A stretch of DNA of 64,000 nucleotides. Source: Candidatus Jorgensenbacteria bacterium GW2011_GWA1_48_11. GTDB lineage: Bacteria > Patescibacteriota > Minisyncoccia > UBA6257 > GWB1-50-10. Made by a program: the position numbers and the translations under genes. The stretch covers positions 328,549 to 392,548 of the forward strand of contig LCPF01000001.1 in NCBI GenBank assembly GCA_001003475.1. The letters are read 5' to 3'. Numbering within the stretch: the stretch's first letter is position 1; each line of letters begins with the position of its first letter. The notes under the pieces are model-generated. The model saw only the letters and a list, made by a program, of their open reading frames with translations, was not told where the DNA came from and searched no databases. This document shows positions 1 to 8,317 of the stretch, in pieces.

Positions 1-1
1 T

Positions 2-541
2 GATTTCGCCGACATCAGATCCATTCTGAAAGAAGCCGGTCCGACCCTGGTCGGCGTCGGCACGGCCTCCGGTCAGGATCGAAGCATGAAATCAGTGAAC
101 GCGGCCATCAACTCGCCGCTCCTTGAGGTCTCGATGGAGGGCGCTAAGGGTCTGCTTTTCTCCGTTGCCGGCGGCCGGGATTTGAAGATGTCCGAAATTA
201 ACGATATTGCGAAAGCCATCGCCGCCAACCTCGATTCCAATGCCAAGGTCATTTTCGGCGCTTACCACGACCGCAATTTGAAGGACAAGAGTCTTAAGGT
301 GACGGTGATCGCGACGGGTTTTAACGGCATTTTCAGCAATCCGCGGATCGCGAACTCGGCGCCGACGCTTTTCGTGACCGGTTTGGGAAACAAAAGCGAA
401 GGGGATGAGTCGGATCAGGAAATAAGGGACAGGAAACGCCATGTAACGGTCGAGGAGCCTTCGAAGTCAGCCAAAAGCGGCGAATCCCAAAAGACCGAAG
501 TCTGGGAAGTGCCGGCCTTCCTCCGAAAAAAGAAGCGTTAA
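2..541 (+). CDS. ftsZ: Cell division protein FtsZ (5'-truncated by window edge)
   Basis: Frame open from base 2: DFADIRSIL..G.G.ASG..R, SPLLE, GAKGLL, VIFG, VTVIATGF, C-terminal EVPAFLRKK. Confidence 0.97.
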   Translation, partial: DFADIRSILKEAGPTLVGVGTASGQDRSMKSVNAAINSPLLEVSMEGAKGLLFSVAGGRDLKMSEINDIAKAIAANLDSNAKVIFGAYHDRNLKDKSLKVTVIATGFNGIFSNPRIANSAPTLFVTGLGNKSEGDESDQEIRDRKRHVTVEEPSKSAKSGESQKTEVWEVPAFLRKKKR

Positions 542-713
542 AGAAAACGAAAAGGAATTTTTGTCAAAAAAGCGGCCGTCCCTGGACGGCGTTTTTATTA
601 TTTGCGGCAGGAGTTGTCAAAAATAAAAAATTGGTATATTCTGGGGTTTTCTGGGGATAACTCGAGCTTGCCGCCCCCTTTTCAAGTTCGGTCCAGAACC
701 TAGAATGAATTTG

Positions 714-786
714 TACCTCGTTGGAAAATTTAAAAATCTGAAAGCGGATTATTCGGAGAGCGGTTTGTGAATTTTCTAATGGGGTA
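714..786. repeat. Degenerate TIR mini-element (CCCGTTAGAA family) upstream of nrdJ
   Basis: tacctcgttggaaaatt ... aattttctaatggggta imperfect inverted repeat resembling the ends at 7996 and 50662. Confidence 0.5.
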
Positions 787-813
787 AAACGGTCCCAAAT
801 CAATTTTTATTTC

Positions 814-3264
814 ATGAAGAACGGAAAAATCGGTTCTAAGAAAGTGTCGAGAATGAGCGACGATAAAGTCAATGCTTATTTTTCGGAAAACGCCTTAAAG
901 ATGATGCGCAAGCGATATCTGACGATCGACGAAAAGGGCAATCAGGAAATGCCGGCGCAAATGTTTCGCCGAGTCGCCCATTATTTGGCGACCGTGGAGA
1001 AAAATTACAAACACGACGACGAGTTTGTAAAAAATATTGAGCAGGATTTTTTTGAAATTATGGCGCGGCGAGAATATACGCCGGCGGGCCGAACCCTGAC
1101 GAACGCCGGGAGCGCGACGCCTTTGATCGCGAACTGCATTGTCTTGCCGATCCACGACTCGATGGACAGCATCTTTCAAACATTGAAAGACGCGGCGCTT
1201 CTCCAGCAAGCCGGTTCGGGGCTGGGATTCGCAATCGACGAAATGCGACCGGCGATGACGAAGACCGTGAAGTCGCGCGGCAACTCGTCCGGTCCGGTTT
1301 CCTTTTTGAAGATTTATAACGAAGCTTTCGGTACGATCAAGCAGCAGGGCCGGCACGGCGCGAATATGGCGATGATGTCGGTTGATCATCCGGATATTTT
1401 GGATTTCATCAGATCGAAAGAAACGGAAGGCGAGCTCCGGAATTTTAATATTTCCGTGAAGGTTACCGACGAATTTATGCGTCAAGCGACAGAAGCACCG
1501 GACACGCAATGGTACTGCGTTTGGAAAGGCGAAAAAATGAAACCGCACAAGATTTTGCGGCATCCGAACGGCGCGGTTTACGGCGTTGAGGAAATAAACA
1601 TCACCGCTGGTCAGCTTTTTGAAGAACTCGTAAACTATGCCTGGCTGAACGGTGAACCGGGAATTGCTTTTGAAGACGCTTGGCAGAGAACCAATCCCTT
1701 GCCGGGCTTGGGGCCGCTTCGGGCGACCAATCCTTGCGGCGAACAGGTTCTTCATCCTTACGACAATTGTAATTTGGGTTCCATTAACTTGGCGGTTTTT
1801 GCGAAGGGCCGGAGCGTGGATTATGACCGGTTGCGTTTCGTGACAAAGACAGCCGTCCGTCTCATGGACAATGTCATTGACCGTTTTGATTTTCCGGTGC
1901 CGCAAGTGACGGAACTCGCCAAAAAGAATCGCCGGATCGGATTGGGCATCATGGGTTTTGCCGATCTGCTTTACCAATTGGGCATTAGATATAATTCGGA
2001 AGCCGGTTTGGCGGTGGCCGAAAAAGTGATGGGTGTAATTCAGGAGACCGCCCACAAGACCTCGCGGGAATTGGCCAGGGAAAAAGGCGTTTTTCCGAAC
2101 ATCAGCCTCAGTGTTTTCAAGAAAAAACGGCTTAAAATGCGAAATGCCGCCCTCACGACCGTAGCCCCGACCGGTTCCATTTCCATGATGCTTGATACTT
2201 CTTCGGGCGTGGAGCCGAATTTTGCCCTGGCTTACGTGAAACAGGACAAGGACGGCCTGCAGTATCAGTATTTGAACAGGCATTTTGAAAAAGAACTGCA
2301 CCGGCGTCATTTTGACGAGAAGGTGATTGCCCGGATCAAGGAAGAAATTTTGAAGACCGGCAGTATCCAGGCTTTGACGGATTTGCCGAAGGATTTGCGC
2401 GACACTTTCGTGGTGGCGATGGATATGTCCGGCGAAGACCACGTGAAAATACAGGCGGCTTTCCAGCGGCACGTTGATAATTCCATTTCGAAGACGATCA
2501 ATTTTCCAAACAGCGCCACCTACGAAGACGTGCGGCAGGGTTTTGTTCAGGCTTGGAAATTCGGCTGCAAGAGCTGCACGGTTTACCGCGACGGCAGCCG
2601 CAATATCCAGATCTTGAATTTGGGGACGGGCGAAAACATCGTTTCCACCACCGAAGCGCCGACCAAGCTCGTCAAGGAAAAAGCCAATTTGGAAATTGAT
2701 AAAGGCAAGCTTTCGCCGCGGGTGCGGCCGGTTGTGATGAACGGCAAGACTTATAAAGTGAAAACCGGCTACGGCAATCTTTATATTACCGTGAACAACG
2801 ATGAAGTCGGCGCGCCTTTCGAAGTTTTTGCCACCCTGGGCAAGACTGGCGGTTTTTTCCAGGAGCAGACCGAGGGTCTTTGCCGCTTGATCTCCCTCTC
2901 GCTGCGGGCCGGCATTAAAGTGGAAGAAATCATCGATCACCTCAAAGGCATTCGGGGGCCGATGCCGACCTTTACCGAGAAAGGGACGATTCTTTCTCTG
3001 CCGGATGCGATCGCTAAGGTTTTGGAAGAGCACGTGAAAACGAATGGCCACATGAAGACCGATATGACGGTGCAAGAGATCGATAGTTTGAAAAAAGAAG
3101 TCTTGGAACCGGTTGCGGTGCACACGGCCGTGGGCGAAGAAGGAACCGCGAGATCGATGGCCGATTACGGTTTGATGCCCGGTTGTCCGGAATGCGGCGA
3201 AGCCCTGACTTTAAGCGAAGGCTGTTTGAGCTGCAAGCATTGCGGCTATTCGCGGTGCAGCTAA
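814..3264 (+). CDS. nrdJ: Class II (adenosylcobalamin-dependent) ribonucleotide reductase with C-terminal TSCPD/Zn-ribbon region
   Basis: NCIV, TNPCGEQ, CNLGSINL, APTGSIS, SISKTIN, TVYRDGSR; C-terminal CPEC..CKHCGYSRC; no NrdB partner nearby. True start may be a later Met. Confidence 0.92.
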   Translation: MKNGKIGSKKVSRMSDDKVNAYFSENALKMMRKRYLTIDEKGNQEMPAQMFRRVAHYLATVEKNYKHDDEFVKNIEQDFFEIMARREYTPAGRTLTNAGSATPLIANCIVLPIHDSMDSIFQTLKDAALLQQAGSGLGFAIDEMRPAMTKTVKSRGNSSGPVSFLKIYNEAFGTIKQQGRHGANMAMMSVDHPDILDFIRSKETEGELRNFNISVKVTDEFMRQATEAPDTQWYCVWKGEKMKPHKILRHPNGAVYGVEEINITAGQLFEELVNYAWLNGEPGIAFEDAWQRTNPLPGLGPLRATNPCGEQVLHPYDNCNLGSINLAVFAKGRSVDYDRLRFVTKTAVRLMDNVIDRFDFPVPQVTELAKKNRRIGLGIMGFADLLYQLGIRYNSEAGLAVAEKVMGVIQETAHKTSRELAREKGVFPNISLSVFKKKRLKMRNAALTTVAPTGSISMMLDTSSGVEPNFALAYVKQDKDGLQYQYLNRHFEKELHRRHFDEKVIARIKEEILKTGSIQALTDLPKDLRDTFVVAMDMSGEDHVKIQAAFQRHVDNSISKTINFPNSATYEDVRQGFVQAWKFGCKSCTVYRDGSRNIQILNLGTGENIVSTTEAPTKLVKEKANLEIDKGKLSPRVRPVVMNGKTYKVKTGYGNLYITVNNDEVGAPFEVFATLGKTGGFFQEQTEGLCRLISLSLRAGIKVEEIIDHLKGIRGPMPTFTEKGTILSLPDAIAKVLEEHVKTNGHMKTDMTVQEIDSLKKEVLEPVAVHTAVGEEGTARSMADYGLMPGCPECGEALTLSEGCLSCKHCGYSRCS

Positions 3265-3280
3265 TAAATTTATAATAATT

Positions 3281-3310
3281 AAAAAAAGTCGCCTTCTTAG
3301 GCGATTTTTT
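3281..3310. terminator. Bidirectional intrinsic terminator between nrdJ and tRNA-Lys
   Basis: aaaaaaagtcgcc-ttctta-ggcgatttttt. Confidence 0.7.
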
Positions 3311-3311
3311 G

Positions 3312-3384
3312 TCCGCCCACTAGGAATCGAACCTAGAACCTTCTCCTTAAAAGGGAGCTGCTCTGCCAATTGAGCTATGGGCGG
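3312..3384 (-). tRNA. tRNA-Lys(UUU)
   Basis: Acceptor CCGCCCA/TGGGCGG, D arm GCTC..GAGC, anticodon loop CTTTTAA, T arm CTAGG-TTCGATT-CCTAG; CCA not encoded. Confidence 0.93.
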
Positions 3385-3523
3385 GTTTAACTTTTAGAGT
3401 TTAACTTATCATTTATTTTAATTCAAGGTTGATTTTTAGAACAGTGTTCAGTTGACCGTTTAAGAATTAGAAATTAAAATGATTCTGCAATTTGATATTC
3501 GAAAAAGCATAAGAAGGTTCAGC

Positions 3524-3784
3524 TCCGCGGTAGCTCAGCGGTAGAGCGGCTCCCTGTCGAGATAATGGCAGCCCCAGGCAGTAATGTTTGGAGGAAAAAC
3601 CGGGCTAATTCGGGGAACTCTTGTATAAAGACAATCCCGAGCTAAATTCGCCCCAGGGCGATAAACGTGTAGAGACTATATACCCGGGCCCCTTAGAAAA
3701 AGGGACATGAGATAGTCCAGCCCCCTTGGCGACAAGGGAAAAACTGTAAGGAGATGGTCGTAGGTTCGAATCCTACCCGCGGAG
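3524..3784 (+). tRNA. tRNA-Asn(GUU), interrupted (exons 3524-3557 and 3747-3784)
   Basis: Acceptor TCCGCGG/CCGCGGA, G73; joining exons gives CTCC-CTGTTAA-GGAG anticodon arm; T arm GTAGG-TTCGAAT-CCTAC. Confidence 0.92.
3558..3746 (+). ncRNA. Group I self-splicing intron, 189 nt, at tRNA position 35/36
   Basis: 5' exon ends in U paired to G in P1 (CTGTC 3554-58/GGCAG 3567-71); P4-type AATTCGGGGAA/AATCCCGAGC; P7 GACTA (3674-78)/TAGTC (3713-17); P9 CCCTTG-GCGA-CAAGGG; terminal G3746. Confidence 0.92.
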
Positions 3785-3840
3785 CTGAGCCTTTTTGTAT
3801 GGACGTTGAAAGCGGAATAACCAAGTTGCCGGTCAAAAAT

Positions 3841-3869
3841 GGCAGGTTCGAATCCTGCTCCCGGAGCCA
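3841..3869 (+). pseudogene. Orphan tRNA 3' fragment (T arm, acceptor strand, G-CCA)
   Basis: gGCAGG-TTCGAAT-CCTGC-TCCCGGA-G-CCA with no matching 5' half upstream. Confidence 0.7.
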
Positions 3870-3919
3870 AGAAGGAAGAGCGGAGACAAAATCCCCGCTT
3901 ATCTTTATCTAACAGTCTC

Positions 3920-4660
3920 TTATTCCGAGGTCTGTAATATCACTTCTTTTGCTCTTTGAGTAAAATGAACAATGAGGTTTTTGGAAAACTTGGATTCCTT
4001 GAGAAAGGCCATGCCGTCGGAAATGGTTGCTCCGAAAAGCAAAAGCCTGTTTAAGGCCGTAGGCCTTACCCGCGCTCGACCCTTGCGGTAATCTTCTTTA
4101 AGATCGATAAAGGTATCGAAACTGTTTGCCGCCCTCCCCAACCTGGTTAAAACTTTCAATAACGCCGGGAATTTTTCGCTCTTGCGGTATTCTTCGGGCA
4201 GAAAAGGAATGAAAACCTTCCCCATTACTTGTCCCTCGAGCCTCGTGAGAGTCGTAAATTTCGAAGATTCTTCTTCTGTTTTGATCTTCTCCGTTATATT
4301 CAAAATCCTCGATATTGAATCAAGGAAGGATTTTCTCTGAACTTCCGACAAACCGTCAACCAAATCTTTCACATTGCCCAAGGCGTTATTAAGCCTCTCG
4401 TCCTGGGAAAAACTTGATACCTCGCCGTTTAAAAAATTCATTACCCCCGATGCGAACTGCTCTCTTTCTTTTTCTTCCGGAATGGCATCAAGCCGGTCAT
4501 CGATGATCCGCACCGCACCCAAAATTGCCCGCCACTTCCCGACCGTTTCCGGAGGGAGAGCCAATCCCGTGATTTGTTCCGTAACCTCCCGAAGCGTATC
4601 CGAAGAATTCTCGTAGTGTTCTTGGGATACATCGAGTCTTGATTCGCCCATTTCTCTCAT
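3920..4660 (-). CDS. Isoprenoid-synthase-fold (terpene/squalene synthase-like) protein
   Basis: All-helical; DDRLD (DDxxD) and NSFDTFIDLKEDYRKGR second acidic motif. Confidence 0.55.
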   Translation of the reverse strand: MREMGESRLDVSQEHYENSSDTLREVTEQITGLALPPETVGKWRAILGAVRIIDDRLDAIPEEKEREQFASGVMNFLNGEVSSFSQDERLNNALGNVKDLVDGLSEVQRKSFLDSISRILNITEKIKTEEESSKFTTLTRLEGQVMGKVFIPFLPEEYRKSEKFPALLKVLTRLGRAANSFDTFIDLKEDYRKGRARVRPTALNRLLLFGATISDGMAFLKESKFSKNLIVHFTQRAKEVILQTSE

Positions 4661-4746
4661 ATCCGTAATTATACAAGTTTATCGGCCGCCAACAATTTCC
4701 ACTGTGGTAGGCTATTAATCAGCAAACCCTAGCTACGAGGTGAATC

Positions 4747-5172
4747 ATGAAAGCGCTGAAGTTGTGGTGTCTTGCCGGAGCGGCGATCTTCGCCGTCGGT
4801 TGCCGGCTCCCTCTCGAGCCCTTGAGGGAGCACGTGGACGTGACGGTCGGCAGGCTTTCACTTCTGCACCTCACGCTCGGCCTCTCGATCAACGGCGAGC
4901 CCCAGGCTCAAGTCCTCGACGACTCCGTGTCGGAGCGCAGGTTCTCGCCCAGGATCAAGGTGGACCAGCAGTACAACCAGTACGGCATCGGCCAGGTCTA
5001 TTGCGGCTATGTCACGGTGAGCGCCGTGATCGTCGAGACCGGACTGCGTTCCAATCCGAAGACGGCCCACGTCTGTACCAACAACGGCCAGAGCCGGGCC
5101 GGCTACTTCACCTTCGGGCCATACGATTTCCCGGGCTACTTCAGCTCGGTGAACGCCACCGCCAGTCCCTAA
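4747..5172 (+). CDS. Hypothetical lipoprotein (GC-rich orphan)
   Basis: SD GAGGTG; signal peptide ending FAVG-C. Confidence 0.6.
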   Translation: MKALKLWCLAGAAIFAVGCRLPLEPLREHVDVTVGRLSLLHLTLGLSINGEPQAQVLDDSVSERRFSPRIKVDQQYNQYGIGQVYCGYVTVSAVIVETGLRSNPKTAHVCTNNGQSRAGYFTFGPYDFPGYFSSVNATASP

Positions 5173-5215
5173 CCGGACTGGCGGTTCCACATTTTACGCA
5201 TCAGTCGTCCGATGT

Positions 5216-5467
5216 TTATCCTTTGGCGTTACCAGTCGGGTTAGTCCCGGCGATTTGGTGGCGAGTTTGGGTTTTGGTCAAGGGCACCGGCACTTGCTCG
5301 GGCTTCGGGCCCGGTTCTTGAGCAGCTTGCGGCGCGGTGTTTTCATCCTTGAGCGAGGTGGAAAAGGGCTCAATGCTGGTTTTAGCGAGGCCGGAAGCGG
5401 CAAAAACAATGCCAATCAGGCTGATCACGCCGAAAATCAAAATAAAATTGGTTTGCAGGAAGTTCAT
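5216..5467 (-). CDS. Small membrane-anchored protein
   Basis: MNFLQTNFILIFGVISLIGIVFAASG TM helix then P/Q-rich tail. Confidence 0.5.
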   Translation of the reverse strand: MNFLQTNFILIFGVISLIGIVFAASGLAKTSIEPFSTSLKDENTAPQAAQEPGPKPEQVPVPLTKTQTRHQIAGTNPTGNAKG

Positions 5468-5564
5468 GTGTTTCTCTATAGAATATAACGGGGGAATCGG
5501 GCAAATAGTTTCAAAATAAGCCTCGTTTTTTAAAAAGTCGGCATTTTTCTGGTATAATGTTTCA

Positions 5565-5951
5565 ATGAAAAAAGACACAAAAACCGTTATTGGCGTATTG
5601 GTTTTGATCGTAGCCGCTGTCGTAATTGTCATGGCGGTCTCGGCGAATCGGCCGCGCACCCCGGGCAAACTGGATGCTTTCGCCGCCTGCCTCAAGACGA
5701 GCGGCGTGGTCTTCTACGGCGCTTACTGGTGCTCCCACTGTCAGAATCAAAAAGCCATGTTCGGCAAATCCGAGGATTTATTGCCTTACGTCGAATGCTC
5801 CAATCCCAGCGGTACGGGCCAAACGGCGATTTGCACCCAAAAAGGAATTCAGGGCTATCCCACCTGGATCTTCAAGGACGGGAGCGAGTTGACCGGCGAA
5901 GTGCCGCTCGACCAATTGGCGCAAAAAACCGGCTGCGCCCTGCCCCAATAA
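5565..5951 (+). CDS. Membrane-anchored thioredoxin-like protein
   Basis: N-terminal TM, YGAYWCSHC, YVEC, GYPTW. Confidence 0.85.
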   Translation: MKKDTKTVIGVLVLIVAAVVIVMAVSANRPRTPGKLDAFAACLKTSGVVFYGAYWCSHCQNQKAMFGKSEDLLPYVECSNPSGTGQTAICTQKGIQGYPTWIFKDGSELTGEVPLDQLAQKTGCALPQ

Positions 5952-6506
5952 ATGGCGCCTTTCGTTGATTTGGCGACCAAGGTTTTTTCCGGCCTGACTC
6001 TTATCGGGGATATCGGGGTCGCAATCGTTGTTTTCGCCCTGATCTTTAAGGGTTTGGCCTGGGCCAGATTGGTGCTGGGCTTTTTGCGGAGCCAGTCCCT
6101 GTTTTTGGCTTTCGTGATCGCCTTGGGGGCGACCCTGGGCAGCCTTTTTTATTCGGAGGTGGCCGGCTTCGTGCCTTGCTCTTTGTGCTGGTGGCAGCGG
6201 CTTTTCCTTTATCCGCAGGTTCTCATTTTGGGTTTCGGCCTTTGGAAAAAAGACAGCCGGGTTTGGAATTGCGTTCTGGGCTTGTCCGTGATCGGGGCCC
6301 TCATCGCGGTTTACAACACTTACCTGCAGTTCGGCGGATTTTCTTTCTTGCCTTGTCCCCCCTCCGGCGTTTCTTGCGCCCAGCGTTATTTCCTGGAATT
6401 CGGCTACATTACCATTCCCACAATGTCCCTCACCGCCTTTCTTCTGCTCATTGTTCTGGGCTTGGCCGGCAAATCCAAAGCCGAAAAAGAACCCGGTAAT
6501 TCTTAA
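5952..6506 (+). CDS. dsbB: Disulfide bond formation protein DsbB/BdbC family
   Basis: GSLFYSE..PCSLCWWQR..YP; second Cys pair; TIP.MSL. Confidence 0.88.
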   Translation: MAPFVDLATKVFSGLTLIGDIGVAIVVFALIFKGLAWARLVLGFLRSQSLFLAFVIALGATLGSLFYSEVAGFVPCSLCWWQRLFLYPQVLILGFGLWKKDSRVWNCVLGLSVIGALIAVYNTYLQFGGFSFLPCPPSGVSCAQRYFLEFGYITIPTMSLTAFLLLIVLGLAGKSKAEKEPGNS

Positions 6507-6604
6507 AAAATCGTATATAATGGAAAGAGACCACGGTTCCCGTCTCAACAGGCGGGGACGGATGTTGTTCAATAGCATAAGGTCGAAAAAATCAATTATT
6601 CATT

Positions 6605-6910
6605 ATGATGGACGAAAACAAGAAAAATCATCCGGCAGATTGCCGTTGCTGGATGTGCGAGGGGTGCGGCTCGTGTTGCCAGGGCCGGCGCCATTGGGCT
6701 TGGCTTATCGTGAAGATTCTGGTTATCCTGATCGTCTTCTGGTTCGGCGTGAAAGTCGGCGAATTGAAGTCCTTTATCGGTTATTCCTGGGGTTATCCCG
6801 GCGGGTATTCCAATATGCGCTCGATGATGTGGGGCGGCAATTACGGCGCGAACGCCTATGGCCCGGGCATGATGGGCTGGTATTGGAACGCCACTTCTAC
6901 AGAGAAATAA
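6605..6910 (+). CDS. Hypothetical membrane protein, Cys-rich N-terminus, G/M/Y-rich tail
   Basis: One TM helix; GPGMMG motif; hairpin terminator follows. Confidence 0.65.
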   Translation: MMDENKKNHPADCRCWMCEGCGSCCQGRRHWAWLIVKILVILIVFWFGVKVGELKSFIGYSWGYPGGYSNMRSMMWGGNYGANAYGPGMMGWYWNATSTEK

Positions 6911-6995
6911 CGGTTGGAAAACAAGACGCCCCTTCGGGGGTGTTTTGTTTTTTTCAACCGTTATTTTTTCTTACGTATGTTTATAATTATATGAG

Positions 6996-7367
6996 ATGAA
7001 AAAAGACGAAGAATTAACGCCCGAGCTTTACAAAGTGGCGCGGCAAAAAGGAACCGAGGCGCCTTTTACGGGCAAGTATTGGGATAATCACGGGAAAGGG
7101 ACGTACAAATGCGCGGTTTGCGGCGCCGAATTATTTTCCTCGGAGACGAAATTCGATTCGGGCACGGGCTGGCCGAGTTTTACCGAGCCGTCTGATTCGA
7201 GGAACGTTGAGTTGAAAGAAGATCTGAGTGGCGGCCTGCGCCGTACCGAAGTCGTCTGCAAAAATTGCGGTGCCCATCTGGGTCACGTTTTCGACGACGG
7301 TCCCAAGGAAAAAGGCGGGAAGCGTTTTTGCATCAATTCCGTCTGTTTGGAAATCGAGAAGAAATAA
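6996..7367 (+). CDS. msrB: Peptide-methionine (R)-S-oxide reductase
   Basis: [35 protein letters not shown]. Confidence 0.97.
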   Translation: MKKDEELTPELYKVARQKGTEAPFTGKYWDNHGKGTYKCAVCGAELFSSETKFDSGTGWPSFTEPSDSRNVELKEDLSGGLRRTEVVCKNCGAHLGHVFDDGPKEKGGKRFCINSVCLEIEKK

Positions 7368-7381
7368 GTTAAAATGAATTT

Positions 7382-7705
7382 ATGAAAATTTCTTTGGGCC
7401 TCAGGGCTTTTCTTCAGGCGGCCGGCGTCACAGCCTACGTGATTGTTTTCGCCTTTACGGTGCAGAATGCCGAGGCCTGGTTTACGGCTCATAACTTTCC
7501 GCCGAGCCCGATTTTGTCGATGGTCATCTTTCTTTTGACCTTCATTGTTTCGGCCCTGATCTGCAGTTCGCTGGTTTTTCTCCAGTCGGTCCGCCTTTTC
7601 GCCGAAGGCCAAAAAGACGCCGCTTGGAAATTGTTCTTTGGAAGCGTGGCTTGGCTCGCCTTCTTCCTCGTTTTTTTCGGCGCAATAACCCTGCTTACGC
7701 TTTAG
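7382..7705 (+). CDS. Hypothetical membrane protein (3 TM)
   Basis: Hydrophobic ORF with -10-like box 6 nt before ATG. Confidence 0.7.
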   Translation: MKISLGLRAFLQAAGVTAYVIVFAFTVQNAEAWFTAHNFPPSPILSMVIFLLTFIVSALICSSLVFLQSVRLFAEGQKDAAWKLFFGSVAWLAFFLVFFGAITLLTL

Positions 7706-7772
7706 GCGCTTCGGTTTTTCTCGTGAGCCAGAAGTAGAGATAAACGCCGGCTAATTATGTTAGAATGAAAAT

Positions 7773-7985
7773 ATGATCATTGACGGCCGTACTGTTGAGG
7801 GCGACGCCCGGGGCCTCCGTTATCTCCAGTCTCTGCAGGCGGATGAATCGAAGGTTTTGTTCGATGAGGCTCGCGACCACGGCAAGGCCAAATTCAAATA
7901 TTTGGACAAGCATTACGGTCTCCTCCGAACTTCGGCCGGCACCTACGTCGTCACCGACCTGCACCAGTCTTCCGGATTTTTTTAG
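7773..7985 (+). CDS. Hypothetical protein
   Basis: ORF preceded by TAGAAT box. Confidence 0.55.
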   Translation: MIIDGRTVEGDARGLRYLQSLQADESKVLFDEARDHGKAKFKYLDKHYGLLRTSAGTYVVTDLHQSSGFF

Positions 7986-7995
7986 GCTTATGGAT

Positions 7996-8101
7996 CCCGT
8001 TAGAAACATCCCCCTACGCCCATTTAAGAATATCAACCAGATGATCGAAGGTAATATAAACGGTCTAAATCAAACGTGGCATTTGTTCCGCTTCTAACGG
8101 G
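7996..8101. mobile_element. MITE-like TIR element (CCCGTTAGAA..TTCTAACGGG)
   Basis: Perfect 10-bp TIR flanked by ATGGAT on both sides; interior similar to 50662-50764. Confidence 0.8.
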
Positions 8102-8314
8102 ATGGATTTTTTAAATGCGCATCCGTTTTTGGTGATTCTGGGCGTGATCTGGACCTTGCCTTGGAAAGGCGTGGCGCTCTGGAGGGCCGCGAAACTGAAC
8201 CAGCCAAAATGGTTCGTTGCCCTTCTCATCGTGAATACCTTGGGCATCCTGGAGATCCTCTATATTTACGTCTTCAGCAAGAAGCAGGCGATCAAGAGCG
8301 GCGATTCCCAATAG
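8102..8314 (+). CDS. DUF5652-like small membrane protein
   Basis: WTLPWKGVALWRAA..WF..LLIVNTLGILEILYI. Confidence 0.8.
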   Translation: MDFLNAHPFLVILGVIWTLPWKGVALWRAAKLNQPKWFVALLIVNTLGILEILYIYVFSKKQAIKSGDSQ

Positions 8315-8317
8315 CCG

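Noticed and set aside
600-813. NrdR boxes or cobalamin riboswitch upstream of nrdJ
   Set aside because: No convincing match by eye.
895-3123. Long antisense ORFs (also 8111-9595, 40495-41631, 55681-56631 and others)
   Set aside because: Shadows of motif-bearing or codon-biased genes on the opposite strand.
3524-3784. tRNA-Tyr(GUA) from an alternative CTGT/AAG junction
   Set aside because: It breaks the anticodon stem register, the intron would not end in G, and there is no long variable arm.
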